From assembly GCA_964016885.1 (NCBI GenBank), contig OZ024743.1, forward strand, positions 67,890,001-67,954,000: a DNA stretch of 64,000 bases, in the 5' to 3' direction. Below are positions 1 through 15,400 of the stretch, piece after piece. Position 1 is the first letter of the stretch; every line of letters starts with the position of its first letter. The stretch is from Eledone cirrhosa. Its lineage: Eukaryota. A model generated the notes under the pieces. The model worked only from the letters and a program-made list of their open reading frames with translations, had not been told where the DNA came from and searched no databases. Position numbers and translations under genes: made by a program.

Positions 1-3000
1 TGTTGTTGTGACGGTAGTGGTGGCTGTGTTAGTTGTGATATTTGTGGTGGATAATGTAGTTGTGATGTTTGTGGTGGCCGTGTTAGTTGTGATATTTGTG
101 GTGGATAATGTAGTTGTGATGGTAGTGGTGGCTGTGTTAGTTGTGATATTTGTGGTGGATAATGTAGTTGTGATGGTAGTGGTGGCTGTGTTAGTTGTGA
201 TATTTGTGGTGGATAATGCAGTTGTGTTGGTAGTGGTGGACGTGTTAGTTGTGATATTTGTGGTGTATAATGTAGTTGTGATGGTTGTGGTGGATAATGT
301 AGTTGTTATGGTAGTGGTGGACGTGTTATTTGTGATATTTGTGGTGGATAATGTAGTTGTGATGGAAGTGGTGGCCGTGTTAGTTGTGATATTTGTGGTG
401 GATAATGTAGTTGTGATGGTAGTCGTGGCCGTGTTAGTTGTGATATTTGTGGAGGATAATGTAGTTGTGATGGTTGTGGTGGATAATGTAGTTGTGATGG
501 TAGTGGTGGACGTGTTATTTGTGATATTTGTGGTGGATAATATAGTTGTGATGGTAGTGGTGGCCGTGTTAGTTGTGATATTTGTGGTGGATAATGTAGT
601 TGTGATGGTAGTCGTGGCCGTGTTAGTTGTGATATTTGTGGTGGATAATGTAGTTGTGATGGTTGTGGTGGCCGTGTTATTTGTGATATTTGTGGTGGAT
701 AATGTAGTCGTGATGGTTGTGGTGGATAATGTAGTTGTGATGGTAGTGGTGGACGTGTTAGTTGTGATATTTGTGGTGGATAATGTAGTTGTGATTGTTG
801 TGGTGGCCTTGTTAGTTGTGATATTTGTGGTGGAAAATGTAGTTGTAATGTTAGTGATGGCCGTGTTAGTTGTGATATTTGTGGTGGATAATGTAGTTGT
901 GATGGTTGTGGTGGCTGTGTTAGTTGTGATATTTGTGGTGAATAATGTAGTTGTGATGGTTGTGGTGGCCGTGTTAGTTGGGATATTTGTGGTGGATAAT
1001 GTAGTTGTGATGGTAGTGGTTGCTGTGTTAGTTGTGATATTTGTGGATAATATAGTTGTGATGGTAGTGGTGGCTGTGTTAGTTGTGATATTTGTGGTGG
1101 ATAATGTAGTTGTGATGGTAGTGGTGGACGTGTTAGTTGTGATATTTGTGGTGGATAATGTTGTTGTGATGGTTGTGGTGGATAATGTAGCTGTGATGGT
1201 AGTGGCGGCTGTGTTAGTTGTGATATTTGTGGTGGATAATGTAGTTGTGATGGTTGTGGTGGCCGTGTTAGTTGTGATATTTGTGGTGGATAATGTAGTT
1301 GTGATGGTAGTGGATGCTGTGTTAGTTGTGATATTTGTGGTGGATAATGTAGTTGTGATGGTAGTGGTGGCTGTGTTAGTTCTGATATTTGTGGTGGATA
1401 ATGTAGTTGTGATGGTAGTGGTGGACGTGTTAGTTGTGATATTTGTGGTAGACAATGTAGTTGTGATGGTAGTGGTGGACGTGATAGTTGTGATATTTGT
1501 GGTGGATAATGTAGTTGTGATGGTTGTGGTGGATAATGTAGTTGTGATGGTAGTGGCGGCTGTGTTATTTGTGATATTTGTGGTGGATAATGTAGTTGTG
1601 ATGGTAGTGGTGGCCGTGTTAGTTGTGATATTTGTGGTGGATAATGTAGTTGTGATGGTTGTGGTGGATAATGTAGTTGTGATGTTAGTGGTGGCCCTGT
1701 TAGTTGTGATATTTGTTGTGGATAATGTAGTTGTGATGGTTGTGGTGGCCGTGTTATTTGTGATATTTGTGGTGGATAATGTAGTTGTGATGGCTGTGGT
1801 GGATAATGTAGTTGTGATGGTAGTGGTGGACGTGTTAGTTGAGATATTTGTGGTGGATAATGTAGTTGTGATTGTTGTGGTGGCCTTGTTAGTTGTGATA
1901 TTTGTGGTGGATAATGTAGTTGTAATGTTAGTGGTGGCCGTGTTAGTTGTGATATTTGTGGTGGATAATGTAGTTGTGATGGTAGTGGTGGCCGTGTTAG
2001 TTGTGATATTTTTGGTGGATAATGTAGTTGTGATGGTAGTGGTGGACGTGTTAGTTGTGATATTTGTGGTGGATAATGTAGTCGTGATTGTTGTGGTGAC
2101 CGTGTTAGTTGTGATATTTGTGGTGGATAATGTAGTTGTAATGTTAGTGGTGGCCGTGTTAGTTGTGATATTTGTGGTGGATAATGTAGTTGTGATGGTC
2201 GTGGTGGATAATGTAGTTGTGATGGTAGTGGTGGACGTGTTAGTTGTGATATTTGTGGTGGATAATGTAGTTGTGATGGTTGTGGTGGATAATGTAGTTG
2301 TGATGGTAGTGGTGGACGTGTTAGTCGTGATATTTGTGGTGGATAATGTAGTTGTGATATTTGTGGTGGATAATGTAGTTGTAATGTAGTGGTGGCCGTG
2401 TTAGTCGTGATATTTGTGGTGGATAATGTAGTTGTGATGGTTGTGGTGGATAATGTAGTTGTGATGGTACTGGTGGCTGTGTTAGTTGTGATATTTGTGG
2501 TGGATAATGTAGTTGTGATGGTAGTGGTGGCCGTGTTAGTTGTGATATTTGTGGTGGATAATGTAGTTGTGATGTTAGTGGTGGCCGTGTTAGTTGTGAT
2601 ATTTGTGGTGGATAATGTAGTTGTGATGGTAGTGGTGGATAATGTAGTTGTGATGGTAGTGGTGGCCGTGTTAGTTGTGATATTTGTGGTGGATAATGTA
2701 GTTGTGATGGTAGTGGTGGACGTGTTAGTTGTGATATTTGTGGTGGATAATGTAGTTGTGATGGTAGTGGTGGACGTGTTAGTTGTGATATTTGTGGTGG
2801 ATAATGTAGTTGTGATGGTAGTGGTGGCGTGTTAGTTGTGATATTTGTGGTGGATAATGTAGTTGTGATGTTTGTGGTGGATAATGTAGTTGTGATGGTA
2901 GTGGTGGATAATGTAGTTGTTATGGTTGTGGTGGATAATTTAGTTGTGATGGTTGTGGTGGATAATGTAGTTGTGATGGTTGTGATGGACGTGTTAGTTG

Positions 3001-6000
3001 TGATATTTGTGGTGGATAATGTAGTTGTGATGGTTGTGGTGGATTATGTAGTTGTGATGGTAGTGGTGGACGTGTTAGTTGTGATATTTGTGGTGGATAA
3101 TGTAGTTGTGATGGTTGTGGTGGCCGTGTTAGTTGTGATATTTGTGGTGGATAATGTTGTTGTGATGGTTGTGGTGGATAATGTAGTTGTGATTATAGTG
3201 GTGGCTGTGTTAGTTGTGATATTTGTGGTGGATAATTTAGTTGTGATGGTTGTGGTGGCCGTGTTAGTTGTGATATTTGTCGTGGATAATGTAGTTGTGA
3301 TGGTAGTGGTTGCTGTGTTAGTTGTGATATTTGTGGTGGATAATGTAGTTGTGATGGTAGTGGTGGCTGTGTTAGTTGTGATATTTGTGGTGGATAATGT
3401 AGTTGTGATTGTAGTGGTGGACGTGTTAGTTGTGATATTTGTGGTGGATAATGTAGTTGTGATGGTAGTGGTGGACGTGTTAGTTGTGATATTTGTGGTG
3501 GATAATGTAGTTGTGATGGTTGTGGTGGATAATGTAGTTGTGATGGTAGTGGTGGACGTGTTATTTGTGATATTTGTGGTGGATGATATAGTTGTGATGG
3601 TAGTGGTGGCCGTGTTAGTTGTGATATTTGTGGTGGATAATGTAGTTGTGATGGTAGTCGTGGCCGTGTTAGTTGTGATATTTGTGGTGGCTAATGTAGT
3701 TGTGATGGTAGTGGTGGCCCTGTTAGTTGTGATATTTGTGGTGGATAATGTAGTTGTGATGGTTGTGTTGGCCGTGTTATTTGTGATATTTGTGGTGGAT
3801 AAAGTAGTTGTGATGGTTGTGGTGGATAATGTAGTTGTGATGGTAGTGGTGGACGTGTTAGTTGTGATATTTGTGGTGGATAATGTAGTTGTGATCGTAG
3901 TGGTGGCCGTGTTAGTTGTGATATTTGTGGTGGATAATGTAGTTGTAATGTTAGTGGTGGCCGTGTTTGTTGTGATATTTGTGGTGGATAATGTAGTTGT
4001 GATGGTTGTGGTGGATAATGTAGTTGTGATGATAGTGGTGGACGTGTTAGTTGTGATATTTGTGGTGGATAATGTAGTTGTGATTGTAGTGGTGGCCGTG
4101 TTAGTTGTGATATTTGTGGTGGATAATGTAGTTGTGATTGTAGTGGTGGCCGTGTCATCTGTGATATTTGTGGTGGATAATGTAGTTGTGATGGTAGTGG
4201 TGGCCGTGTTAGTTGTGATATTTGTGGTGGATAATGTAGTTGTGATGGTAGTGGTGGATACTGTAGTTGTGATGGTTGTGGTGGACGTGTTAGTTGTGAT
4301 ATTTGTGGTGGATAATGTAGTTGTGATTGTAGTGGTGGCCTTGTTAGTTGTGATATTTGTGGTGGATAATGTAGTTGTGATGGTAGTGGTGGCCGTGTTA
4401 GTTGTGATATTTGTGGTGGATAATGTAGTTGTGATGGTTGTGGTGGCCGTTTTATTTGTGATATTTGTGGTGGATAATGTAGTTGTGATGGTAGTGGTGG
4501 ACGTGTTAGTTGTGATATTTGTTGTGGATAATGTAGTTGTGATGGTAGTGCTGGCCGTGTTAGTTGTGATATTTGTGGTGGATAATGTTGTTGTGATGGT
4601 TGTGGTGGATAATGTAGTTGTGATGGTAGTGGTGGCTGTGTTAGTTGTGATATTTGTGGTGGATAATGTAGTTGTGATGGTAGAGGTGGTGGACGTGTTA
4701 GTTGTGATATTTGTGGTGGATAATGTTGTTGTGATGGTAGTGGTGGCTGTGTTAGTTGTGATATTTGTGGTGGATAATGTAGTTGTGATGTTTGTGGTGG
4801 CCGTGTTAGTTGTGGTATTTGTGGTGGATAATGTAGTTGTGATGGTAGTGGTGGCTGTGTTAGTTGTGATATTTGTGGTGGATAATGTAGTTGTGATGGT
4901 AGTGGTGGCTGTGTTAGTTGTGATATTTGTGGTGGATAATGTAGTTGTGTTGGTAGTGGTGGACGTGTTAGTTGTGATATTTGTGGTGTATAATGTAGTT
5001 GTGATGGTTGTGGTGGATAATGTAGTTGTGATGGTAGTGGTGGACGTGTTATTTGTGATATTTGTGGTGGATAATGTAGCTGTGATGGTAGTGGTGGCCG
5101 TGTAAGTTGTGATATTTGTGGTGGATAATGTAGTTGTGATGGTAGTCGTGGCCGTGTTAGTTGTGATATTTATGGAGGATAATGTAGTTGTGATGGTAGT
5201 GGTGGACGTGTTATTTGTGATATTTGTGGTGGATAATATAGTTGTGATGGTAGTGGTGGCCGTGTTAGTTGTGATATTTGTGGTGGATAATGTAGTTGTG
5301 ATGGTAGTGGTGGCCGTGTTAGTTGTGATATTTGTGGTGGATAATGTAGTTGTGATGGTAGTGTTGGACGTGTTAGTTGTGATATTTGTGGTGGATAATG
5401 TTGTTGTGATGGTTGTGGTGGATAATGTAGCTGTGATGGTAGTGGTGGCTGTGTTAGTTGTGATATTTGTGGTGGATAATGTAGTTGTGATGGTTGTGGT
5501 GGCCGTGTTAGTTGTGATATTTGTGGTGGATAATGTAGTTGTGATGGTAGTGGATGCTGTGATAGTTGTGATATTTGTGGTGGATAATGTAGTTGTGATG
5601 GTAGTGGTGGCTGTGTTAGTTCTGATATTTGTGGTGGATAATTTAGTTGTGATGGTAGTGGTGGACGTGTTAGTTGTGATATTTGTGGTGGACAATGTAG
5701 TTGTGATGGTAGTGGTGGACGTGATAGTTGTGATATTTGTGGTGGATAATGTAGTTGTGATGGTTGTGGTGGATAATGTAGTTGTGATGGTAGTGGTGGA
5801 CGTGTTATTTGTGATATTTGTGGTGGATAATGTAGTTGTGATGGTAGTGGTGGCCGTGTTAGTTGTGATATTTGTGGTGGATAATGTAGTTGTGATGGTA
5901 GTCGTGGCCGTGTTAGTTGTGATATTTGTGGTGGATAATGCAGTTGTGATGGATAATGTAGTTGTGATGGTAGTGGTGGCCCTGTTAGTTGTGATATTTG

Positions 6001-6419
6001 TGGTGGATAATGTAGTTGTGATGGTTGTGGTGGCCGTGTTATTTGTGATATTTGTGGTGGATAATGTAGTTGTGATGGCTGTGGTGGATTATGTAGTTGT
6101 GATGGTAGTGGTGGACGTGTTAGTTGAGATATTTGTGGTGGATAATGTAGTTGTGATTGTTGTGGTGGCCTTGTTAGTTGTGATATTTGTGGTGGATAAT
6201 GTAGTTGTAATGTTAGTGGTGGCCGTGTTAGTTGTGATATTTGTGGTGGATAATGTAGTTGTGATGGTAGTGGTGGCCGTGTTAGTTGTGATATTTGTGG
6301 TGGATAATGTAGTTGTGATGGTAGTGGTGGACGTGTTAGTTGTGATATTTGTGGTGGATAATGTAGTTGTGATTGTTGTGGTGGCCGTGTTAGTTGTGAT
6401 ATTTGTGGTGGATAATGTA

Positions 6420-7500
6420 GTTGTAATGTTAGTGGTGCCCGTGTTAGTTGTGATATTTGTGGTGGATAATGTAGTTGTGATGGTCGTGGTGGATAATGTA
6501 GTTGTGATGGTAGTGGTGGGACGTGTTAGTTGTGATATTTGTGGTGGATAATGTAGTTGTGATGGTTGTGGTGGATAATGTAGTTGTGATGGTAGTGGTG
6601 GACGTGTTAGTCGTGATATTTGTGGTGGATAATGTAGTTGTGATATTTGTGGTGGATAATGTAGTTGTAATATTAGTGGTGGCCGTGTTAGTCGTGATAT
6701 TTGTGGTGGATAATGTAGTTGTGATGGTTGTGGTGGATAATGTAGTTGTGATGGGAGTGGTGGACTTGTTAGTTGTGATATTTGTGGTGGATAATGTAGT
6801 TGTGATTGTAGTGGTGGCCGTGTTAGTTGTGATATTTGTGGTGGATAATGTAGTTGTGATGGTAGTGGTGGCTGTGTTAGTTGTGATATTTGTGGTGGAT
6901 AATGTAGTTGTGATGGTAGTGGTGGCCGTGTTAGTTGTGATATTTGTGGTGGATAATGTAGTTGTAATGTTAGTGGTGCCCGTGTTAGTTGTGATATTTG
7001 TGGTGGATAATGTAGTTGTGATGGTCGTGGTGGATAATGTAGTTGTGATGGTAGTGGTGGGACGTGTTAGTTGTGATATTTGTGGTGGATAATGTAGTTG
7101 TGATGGTTGTGGTGGATAATGTAGTTGTGATGGTAGTGGTGGACGTGTTAGTCGTGATATTTGTGGTGGATAATGTAGTTGTGATATTTGTGGTGGATAA
7201 TGTAGTTGTAATGTTAGTGGTGGCCGTGTTAGTCGTGATATTTGTGGTGGATAATGTAGTTGTGATGGTTGTGGTGGATAATGTAGTTGTGATGGGAGTG
7301 GTGGACTTGTTAGTTGTGATATTTGTGGTGGATAATGTAGTTGTGATTGTAGTGGTGGCCGTGTTAGTTGTGATATTTGTGGTGGATAATGTAGTTGTGA
7401 TGGTAGTGGTGGCTGTGTTAGTTGTGATATTTGTGGTGGATAATGTAGTTGTGATGGTAGTGGTGGCCGTGTTAGTTGTGATATTTGTGGTGGATAATGT
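6420..7500. repeat. 541-bp local duplication (20x27+1), repeated again at +14987
   Basis: Markers GTGCCCGTG, the +1 insertion GTGGGACG and ATGGGAGTGGTGGACTTG each recur 541 bp apart; ORF starts 6523/7064. Ends are approximate. Confidence 0.9.
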
Positions 7501-8799
7501 AGTTGTGATGTTAGTGGTGGCCGTGTTAGTTGTGATATTTGTGGTGGATAATGTAGTTGTGATGGTAGTGGTGGATAATGTAGTTGTGATGGTAGTGGTG
7601 GCCGTGTTAGTTGTGATATTTGTAGTGGATAATGTAGTTGTGATGGTAGTGGTGGACGTGTTAGTTGTGATATTTGTGGTGGATAATGTAGTTGTGATGG
7701 TAGTGGTGGACGTGTTAGTTGTGATATTTGTGGTGGATAATGTAGTTGTGATGGTAGTGGTGGCGTGTTAGTTGTGATATTTGTGGTGGATAATGTAGTT
7801 GTGATGGTTGTGGTGGATAATGTAGTTGTGATGGTAGTGGTGGATAATGTAGTTGTTATGGTTGTGGTGGATAATTTAGTTGTGATGGTTGTGGTGGATA
7901 ATGTAGTTGTGATGGTTGTGGTGGACGTGTTAGTTGTGATATTTTTGGTGGATAATGTAGTTGTGATGGTTGTGGTGGATTATGTAGTTGTGATGGTAGT
8001 GGTGGACGTGTTAGTTGTGATATTTGTGGTGGATAATGTAGTTGTGATGGTTGTGGTGGCCGTGTTAGTTGTGATATTTGTCGTGGATAATGTAGTTGTG
8101 ATGGTAGTGGTTGCTGTGTTAGTTGTGATATTTGTGGTGGATAATGTAGTTGTGATGGTAGTGGTGGCTGTGTTAGTTGTGATATTTGTGGTGGATAATG
8201 TAGTTGTGATGGTAGTGGTGGACGTGTTAGTTGTGATATTTGTGGTGGATAATGTAGTTGTGATGGTAGTGGTGGACGTGTTAGTTGTGATATTTGTGGT
8301 GGATAATGTAGTTGTGATGGTTGTGGTGGATAATGTAGTTGTGATGGTAGTGGTGGACGTGTTATTTGTGATATTTGTGGTGGATGATATAGTTGTGATG
8401 GTAGTGGTGGCCGTGTTAGTTGTGATATTTGTGGTGGATAATGTAGTTGTGATGGTAGTCGTGGCCGTGTTAGTTGTGATATTTGTGGTGGATAATGTAG
8501 TTGTGATGGTAGTGGTGGCCCTGTTAGTTGTGATATTTCTGGTGGATAATGTATTTGTGATGGTTGTGGTGGCCGTGTTATTTGTGATATTTGTGGTGGA
8601 TAAAGTAGTTGTGATGGTTGTGGTGGATAATGTAGTTGTGATGGTAGTGGTGGACGTGTTAGTTGTGATATTTGTGGTGGATAATGTAGTTGTGATTGTT
8701 GTGGTGGCCTTGTTAGTTGTTATATTTGTGGTGGATAATGTAGTTGTAATGTTAGTGGTGGCCGTGTTAGTTGTGATATTTGTGGTGGATAATGTAGTT

Positions 8800-11700
8800 G
8801 TGATGGTTGTGGTGGATAATGTAGTTGTGATGGTAGTGGTGGACGTGTTAGTTGTGATATTTGTGGTGGATAATGTAGTTGTGATTTTAGTGGTGGCCGT
8901 GTTAGTTGGGATATTTTTGGTGGATAATGTAGTTGTAATGTTAGTGGTGGCCGTGTTTGTTGTGATATTTGTGGTGGATAATGTAGTTGTGATGGTTGTG
9001 GTCGATAATGTAGTTGTGATGATAGTGGTGGACGTGTTAGTTGTGATATTTGTGGTGGATAATGTTGTTGTGATTGTAGTGGTGGCCGTGTTAGTTGTGA
9101 TATTTGTGGTGGATAATGTAGTTGTGATTGTAGTGGTGGCCGTGTCATCTGTGATATTTGTGGTGGATAATGTAGTTGTAATGGTAGTGGTGGCCGTGTT
9201 AGTTGTGATATTTGTGGTGGATAATGTAGTTGTGATGGTAGTGGTGGATAATGTAGTTGTGATGGTAGTGGTGGACGTGTTAGTTGTGATATTTGTGGTG
9301 GATAATGTAGTTGTGATTGTAGTGGTGGCCTTGTTAGTTGTGATATTTGTGGTGGATAATGTAGTTGTGATCGTAGTGGTGGCCGTGTTAGTTGTGATAT
9401 TTGTGGTGGATAATGTAGTTGTGATGGTTGTGGTGGCCGTTTTATTTGTGATATTTGTGGTGGATAATGTAGTTGTGATGGTAGTGGTGGACGTGTTAGT
9501 TGTGATATTTGTTGTGGATAATGTAGTTGTGATGGTAGTGCTGGCCGTGTTAGTTGTGATATTTGTGGTGGATAATGTTGTTGTGATGGTTGTGGTGGAT
9601 AATGTAGTTGTGATGGTAGTGGTGGCTGTGTTAGTTGTGATATTTGTGGTGGATAATGTAGTTGTGATGGTAGAGGTGGTGGACGTGTTAGTTGTGATAT
9701 TTGTGGTGGATAATGTTGTTGTGATGGTAGTGGTGGCTGTGTTAGTTGTGATATTTGTGGTGGATAATGTAGTTGTGATGTTTGTGGTGGCCGTGTTAGT
9801 TGTGATATTTGTGGTGGATAATGTAGTTGTGATGGTAGTGGTGGCTGTGTTAGTTGTGATATTTGTGGTGGATAATGTAGTTGTGATGGTAGTGGTGGCT
9901 GTGTTAGTTGTGATATTTGTGGTGGATAATGTAGTTGTGTTGGTAGTGGTGGACGTGTTAGTTGTGATATTTGTGGTGTATAATGTAGTTGTGATGGTTG
10001 TGGTGGATAATGTAGTTGTGATGGTAGTGGTGGACGTGTTATTTGTGATATTTGTGGTGGATAATGTAGTTGTGATGGTAGTGGTGGCCGTGTTAGTTGT
10101 GATATTTGTGGTGGATAATGTAGTTGTGATGGTAGTCGTGGCCTTGTTAGTTGTGATATTTGTGGTGGATAATGTAGTTGTGATGGTAGTGGTGGCCCTG
10201 TTAGTTGTGATATTTGTGGTGGATAATGTAGTTGTGATGGTTGTGGTGGCCGTGTTATTTGTGATATTTGTGGTGGATATAGTAGTTGTGATGGCTGTGG
10301 TGGATAATGTAGTTGTGATGGTAGTGGTGGACGTGTTAGTTGTGATATTTGTGGTGGATAATGTAGTTGTGATTGTTGTGGTGGCCTTGTTAGTTGTGAT
10401 ATTTGTGGTGGATAATGTAGTTCTAATGTTAGTGGTGGCCGTGTTAGTTGTGATATTTGTGGTGGATAATGTAGTTCTAATGTTAGTGGTGGCCGTGTTA
10501 GTTGTGATATTTGTGGTGGATAATGTAGTTGTGATGGTTGTGGTGGATAATGTAGTTGTGATGGTTGTGGTGGATAATGTAGTTGTGATGGTAGTGGTGG
10601 ACGTGTTAGTTGTGATATTTGTGGTGGATAATGTAGTTGTGATTGTAGTGGTGGCCGTGTTAGTTGTGATATTTGTGGTGGATAATGTAGTTGTGATGGT
10701 AGTCGTGGCCGTGTTAGTTGTGATATTTGTGGTGGATAATGTAGTTGTGATGGTAGTGGTGGCCCTGTTAGTTGTGATATTTGTGGTGGATAATGTAGTT
10801 GTGATGGTTGTGGTGGCCGTGTTATTTGTGATAGTTGTGGTGGATAAAGTAGTTGTGATGGTTGTGGTGGATAATGTAGTTGTGATGGTAGTGGTGGACG
10901 TGTTAGTTGTGATATTTGTGGTGGATAATGTAGTTGTGATTGTTGTGGTGGCCTTGTTAGTTGTGATAGTTGTGGTGGATAATGTAGTTGTAATGTTAGT
11001 GGTGGCCGTGTTAGTTGTGATATTTGTGGTGGATAATGTAGTTGTGATGGTTGTGGTGGATAATGTAGTTGTGATGGTTGTGGTGGCCGTGTTATTTGTG
11101 ATATTTGTGGTGGATAAAGTAGTTGTGATGGTTGTGGTGGATAATGTAGTTGTGATGGTAGTGGTGGACGTGTTAGTTGTGATATTTGTGGTGGATAATG
11201 TAGTTGTGATTTTAGTGGTGGCCGTGTTAGTTGGGATATTTTTGGTGGATAATGTAGTTGTAATGTTAGTGGTGGCCGTGTTTGTTGTGATATTTGTGGT
11301 GGATAATGTAGTTGTGATGGTTGTGGTCGATAATGTATTTGTGATGATAGTGGTGGACGTGTTAGTTGTGATATTTGTGGTGGATAATGTTGTTGTGATT
11401 GTAGTGGTGGGCGTGTTAGTTGTGATATTTGTGGTGGATAATGTAGTTGTGATTGTAGTGGTGGCCGTGTCATCTGTGATATTTGTGGTGGATAATGTAG
11501 TTGTAATGGTAGTGGTGGCCGTGTTAGTTGTGATATTTGTGGTGGATAATGTAGTTGTGATGGTAGTGGTGGATAATGTAGTTGTGATGGTAGTGGTGGA
11601 CGTGTTAGTTGTGATATTTGTGGTGGATAATGTAGTTGTGATTGTAGTGGTGGCCTTGTTAGTTGTGATATTTGTGGTGGATAATGTAGTTGTGATCGTA

Positions 11701-12455
11701 GTGGTGGCCGTGCTAGTTGTGATATTTGTGGTGGATAATGTAGTTGTGATGGTTGTGGTGGCCGTTTTATTTGTGATATTTGTGGTGGATAATGTAGTTG
11801 TGATGGTAGTGGTGGACGTGTTAGTTGTGATATTTGTTGTGGATAATGTAGTTGTGATGGTAGTGCTGGCCGTGTTAGTTGTGATATTTGTGGTGGATAA
11901 TGTTGTTGTGATGGTTGTGGTGGATAATGTAGTTGTGATGGTAGTGGTGGCTGTGTTAGTTGTGATATTTGTGGTGGATAATGTAGTTGTGATGGTAGAG
12001 GTGGTGGACGTGTTAGTTGTGATATTTGTGGTGGATAATGTTGTTGTGATGGTAGTGGTGGCTGTGTTAGTTGTGATATTTGTGGTGGATAATGTAGTTG
12101 TGATGTTTGTGGTGGCCGTGTTAGTTGTGATATTTGTGGTGGATAATGTAGTTGTGATGGTAGTGGTGGCTGTGTTAGTTGTGATATTTGTGGTGGATAA
12201 TGTAGTTGTGATGGTAGTGGTGGCTGTGTTAGTTGTGATATTTGTGGTGGATAATGTAGTTGTGTTGGTAGTGGTGGACGTGTTAGTTGTGATATTTGTG
12301 GTGTATAATGTAGTTGTGATGGTTGTGGTGGATAATGTAGTTGTGATGGTAGTGGTGGACGTGTTATTTGTGATATTTGTGGTGGATAATGTAGTTGTGA
12401 TGGTAGTGGTGGCCGTGTTAGTTGTGATATTTGTGGTGGATAATGTAGTTGTGAT
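8800..12455. repeat. 2325-bp-offset duplication (86x27+3)
   Basis: GTTAGTTGGGATATTTTTGG at 8901/11226 and CGTGTCATCT at 9141/11466. Ends are approximate. Confidence 0.85.
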
Positions 12456-15400
12456 GGTAGTGGTGGCCCTGTTAGTTGTGATATTTGTGGTGGATAATGT
12501 AGTTGTGATGGTTGTGGTGGCCGTGTTATTTGTGATATTTGTGGTGGATATAGTAGTTGTGATGGTTGTGGTGGATAATGTAGTTGTGATGGTAGTGGTG
12601 GACGTGTTAGTTGTGATATTTGTGGTGGATAATGTAGTTGTGATTGTTGTGGTGGCCTTGTTAGTTGTGATATTTGTGGTGGATAATGTAGTTCTAATGT
12701 TAGTGGTGGCCGTGTTAGTTGTGATATTTGTGGTGGATAATGTAGTTGTGATGGTTGTGGTGGATAATGTAGTTGTGATGGTAGTGGTGGACGTGTTAGT
12801 TGTGATATTTGTGGTGGATAATGTAGTTGTGATTGTAGTGGTGGCCGTGTTAGTTGTGATATTTGTGGTGGATAATGTAGTTGTAATGTTAGTGGTGGCC
12901 GTGTTTGTTGTGATATTTGTGGTGGATAATGTAGTTGTGATGGTTGTGGTGGATAATGTAGTTGTGATGATAGTGGTGGACGTGTTAGTTGTGATATTTG
13001 CGGTGGATAATGTAGTTGTGATTGTAGTGGTGGCCTTGTTAGTTGTGATATTTGTGGTGGATAATGTAGTTGTGATGGTAGTGGTGGCCGTGTTAGTTGT
13101 GATATTTGTGGTGGATAATGTAGTTGTGATGGTTGTGGTGGCCGTTTTATTTGTGATATTTGTGGTGGATAATGTAGTTGTGATGGTAGTGGTGGACATG
13201 TTAGTTGTGATATTTGTGGTGGATAATGTAGTTGTGATGGTAGTGCTGGCCGTGTTAGTTGTGATATTTGTGGTGGATAATGTTGTTGTGATGGTTGTGG
13301 TGGATAATGTAGTTGTGATGGTAGTGGTGGCTGTGTTAGTTGTGATATTTGTGGTGGATAATGTAGTTGTGATGGTAGTGGTGGTGGACGTGTTAGTTGT
13401 GATATTTGTGGTGGATAATGTTGTTGTGGTGGTTGTGGTGGATTATGTAGTTGTGATGGTAGTGGTGGCTGTGTTAGTTGTGATATTTGTGGTGGATAAT
13501 GTAGTTGTGATGGTAGTGGTGGCTGTGTTAGTTGTGATATTTGTGGTGGATAATGTAGTTGTGATGGTAGTGGTGGACGTGTTAGTTGTGATATTTGTGG
13601 TGGATAATGTAGTTGTGATGGTAGTGGTGGATAATGTAGTTGTGATGGTAGTGGTGGCTGTGTTAGTTGTGATATTTGTGGTGGATAATGTAGTTGTGAT
13701 GTTTGTGGTGGCCGTGTTAGTTGTGATATTTGTGGTGGATAATGTAGTTGTGATTGTAGTGGTGGCTTTGTTAGTTGTGATATTTGTGGTGGATAATGTA
13801 GTTGTGATCGTAGTGGTGGCCGTGTTAGTTGTGATATTTGTGGTGGATAATGTAGTTGTGATGGTTGTGGTGGCCGTTTTATTTGTGATATTTGTGGTGG
13901 ATAATGTAGTTGTGATGGTAGTGGTGGACGTGTTAGTTCTGATATTTGTGGTGGATAATGTAGTTGTGATGGTTGTGGTGGATAATGTAGTTGTGATGGT
14001 GGTGGTGGACGTGTTATTTGTGATATTTGTGGTGGATAATGTAGTTGTGATGGTAGTGGTGGACGTGTTAGTTGTGATATATGTGGTGGATAATGTAGTT
14101 GTGATTGTTGTGGTGGCCGTGTTAGTTGTGATATTTGTGGTGGATAATGTAGTTGTGATGGTAGTGGTGGACGTGTTAGTTGTGATATTTGTGGTGGATA
14201 ATGTAGTTATGATGGTTGTAGTGGATAATGTAGTTGTGATGGTTGTGGTGGATAATGTAGTTGTGATGGTAGTGGTGGATAATGTAGTTGTGATGGTTGT
14301 GGTGGCCGTGTTAGTTGTGATATTTGTGGTGGATAATGTAGTTGTGATGGTTGTGCTGGATAATGTAGTTGTGATGGTAGTGGTGGACGTGTTAGTTGTG
14401 ATATTTGTGGTGGATAATGTAGTTGTGATGTTTGTGGTGGCCGTGTTAGTTGTGATATTTGTGGTGGATAAGGTTGTTGTGATGGTTGTCGTGGATAATG
14501 TAGTTGTGATGGTAGTGGTGGCTGTGTTAGTTGTGATATTTGTGGTGAATAATGTAGTTGTGATGGTTGTGGTTGCTGTGTTAGTTGTGATATTTGTGGT
14601 GGATAATATAGTTGTGATGGTAGTGGTGGCTCTGTTAGTTGTGATATTTGTGGTGGATAATGTAGTTGTGATGGTAGTGGTGGACGTGTTAGTTGTGATA
14701 TTTGTGGTGGATAATGTTGTTGTGATGGTTGTGGTGGATAATGTAGTTGTGATGGTAGTGGTGGACGTGTTAGCTGTGATATTTGTTGTGGATAATGTAG
14801 TTGTAATGGTAGTGCTGGCCGTGTTAGTTGTGATATTTGTGGTGGATAATGTTGTTGTGATGGTTGTGGTGGATAATGTAGTTGTGATGGTAGTGGTGGC
14901 TGTGTTATTTGTGATATTTGTGGTGGATAATGTAGTTGTGATGGTAGAGGTGGTGGACGTGTTAGTTGTGATATTTGTGGTGGATAATGTTGTTGTGACG
15001 GTAGTGGTGGCTGTGTTAGTTGTGATATTTGTGGTGGATAATGTAGTTGTGATGTTTGTGGTGGCCGTGTTAGTTGTGATATTTGTGGTGGATAATGTAG
15101 TTGTGATGGTAGTGGTGGCTGTGTTAGTTGTGATATTTGTGGTGGATAATGTAGTTGTGATGGTAGTGGTGGCTGTGTTAGTTGTGATATTTGTGGTGGA
15201 TAATGCAGTTGTGTTGGTAGTGGTGGACGTGTTAGTTGTGATATTTGTGGTGTATAATGTAGTTGTGATGGTTGTGGTGGATAATGTAGTTGTTATGGTA
15301 GTGGTGGACGTGTTATTTGTGATATTTGTGGTGGATAATGTAGTTGTGATGGAAGTGGTGGCCGTGTTAGTTGTGATATTTGTGGTGGATAATGTAGTTG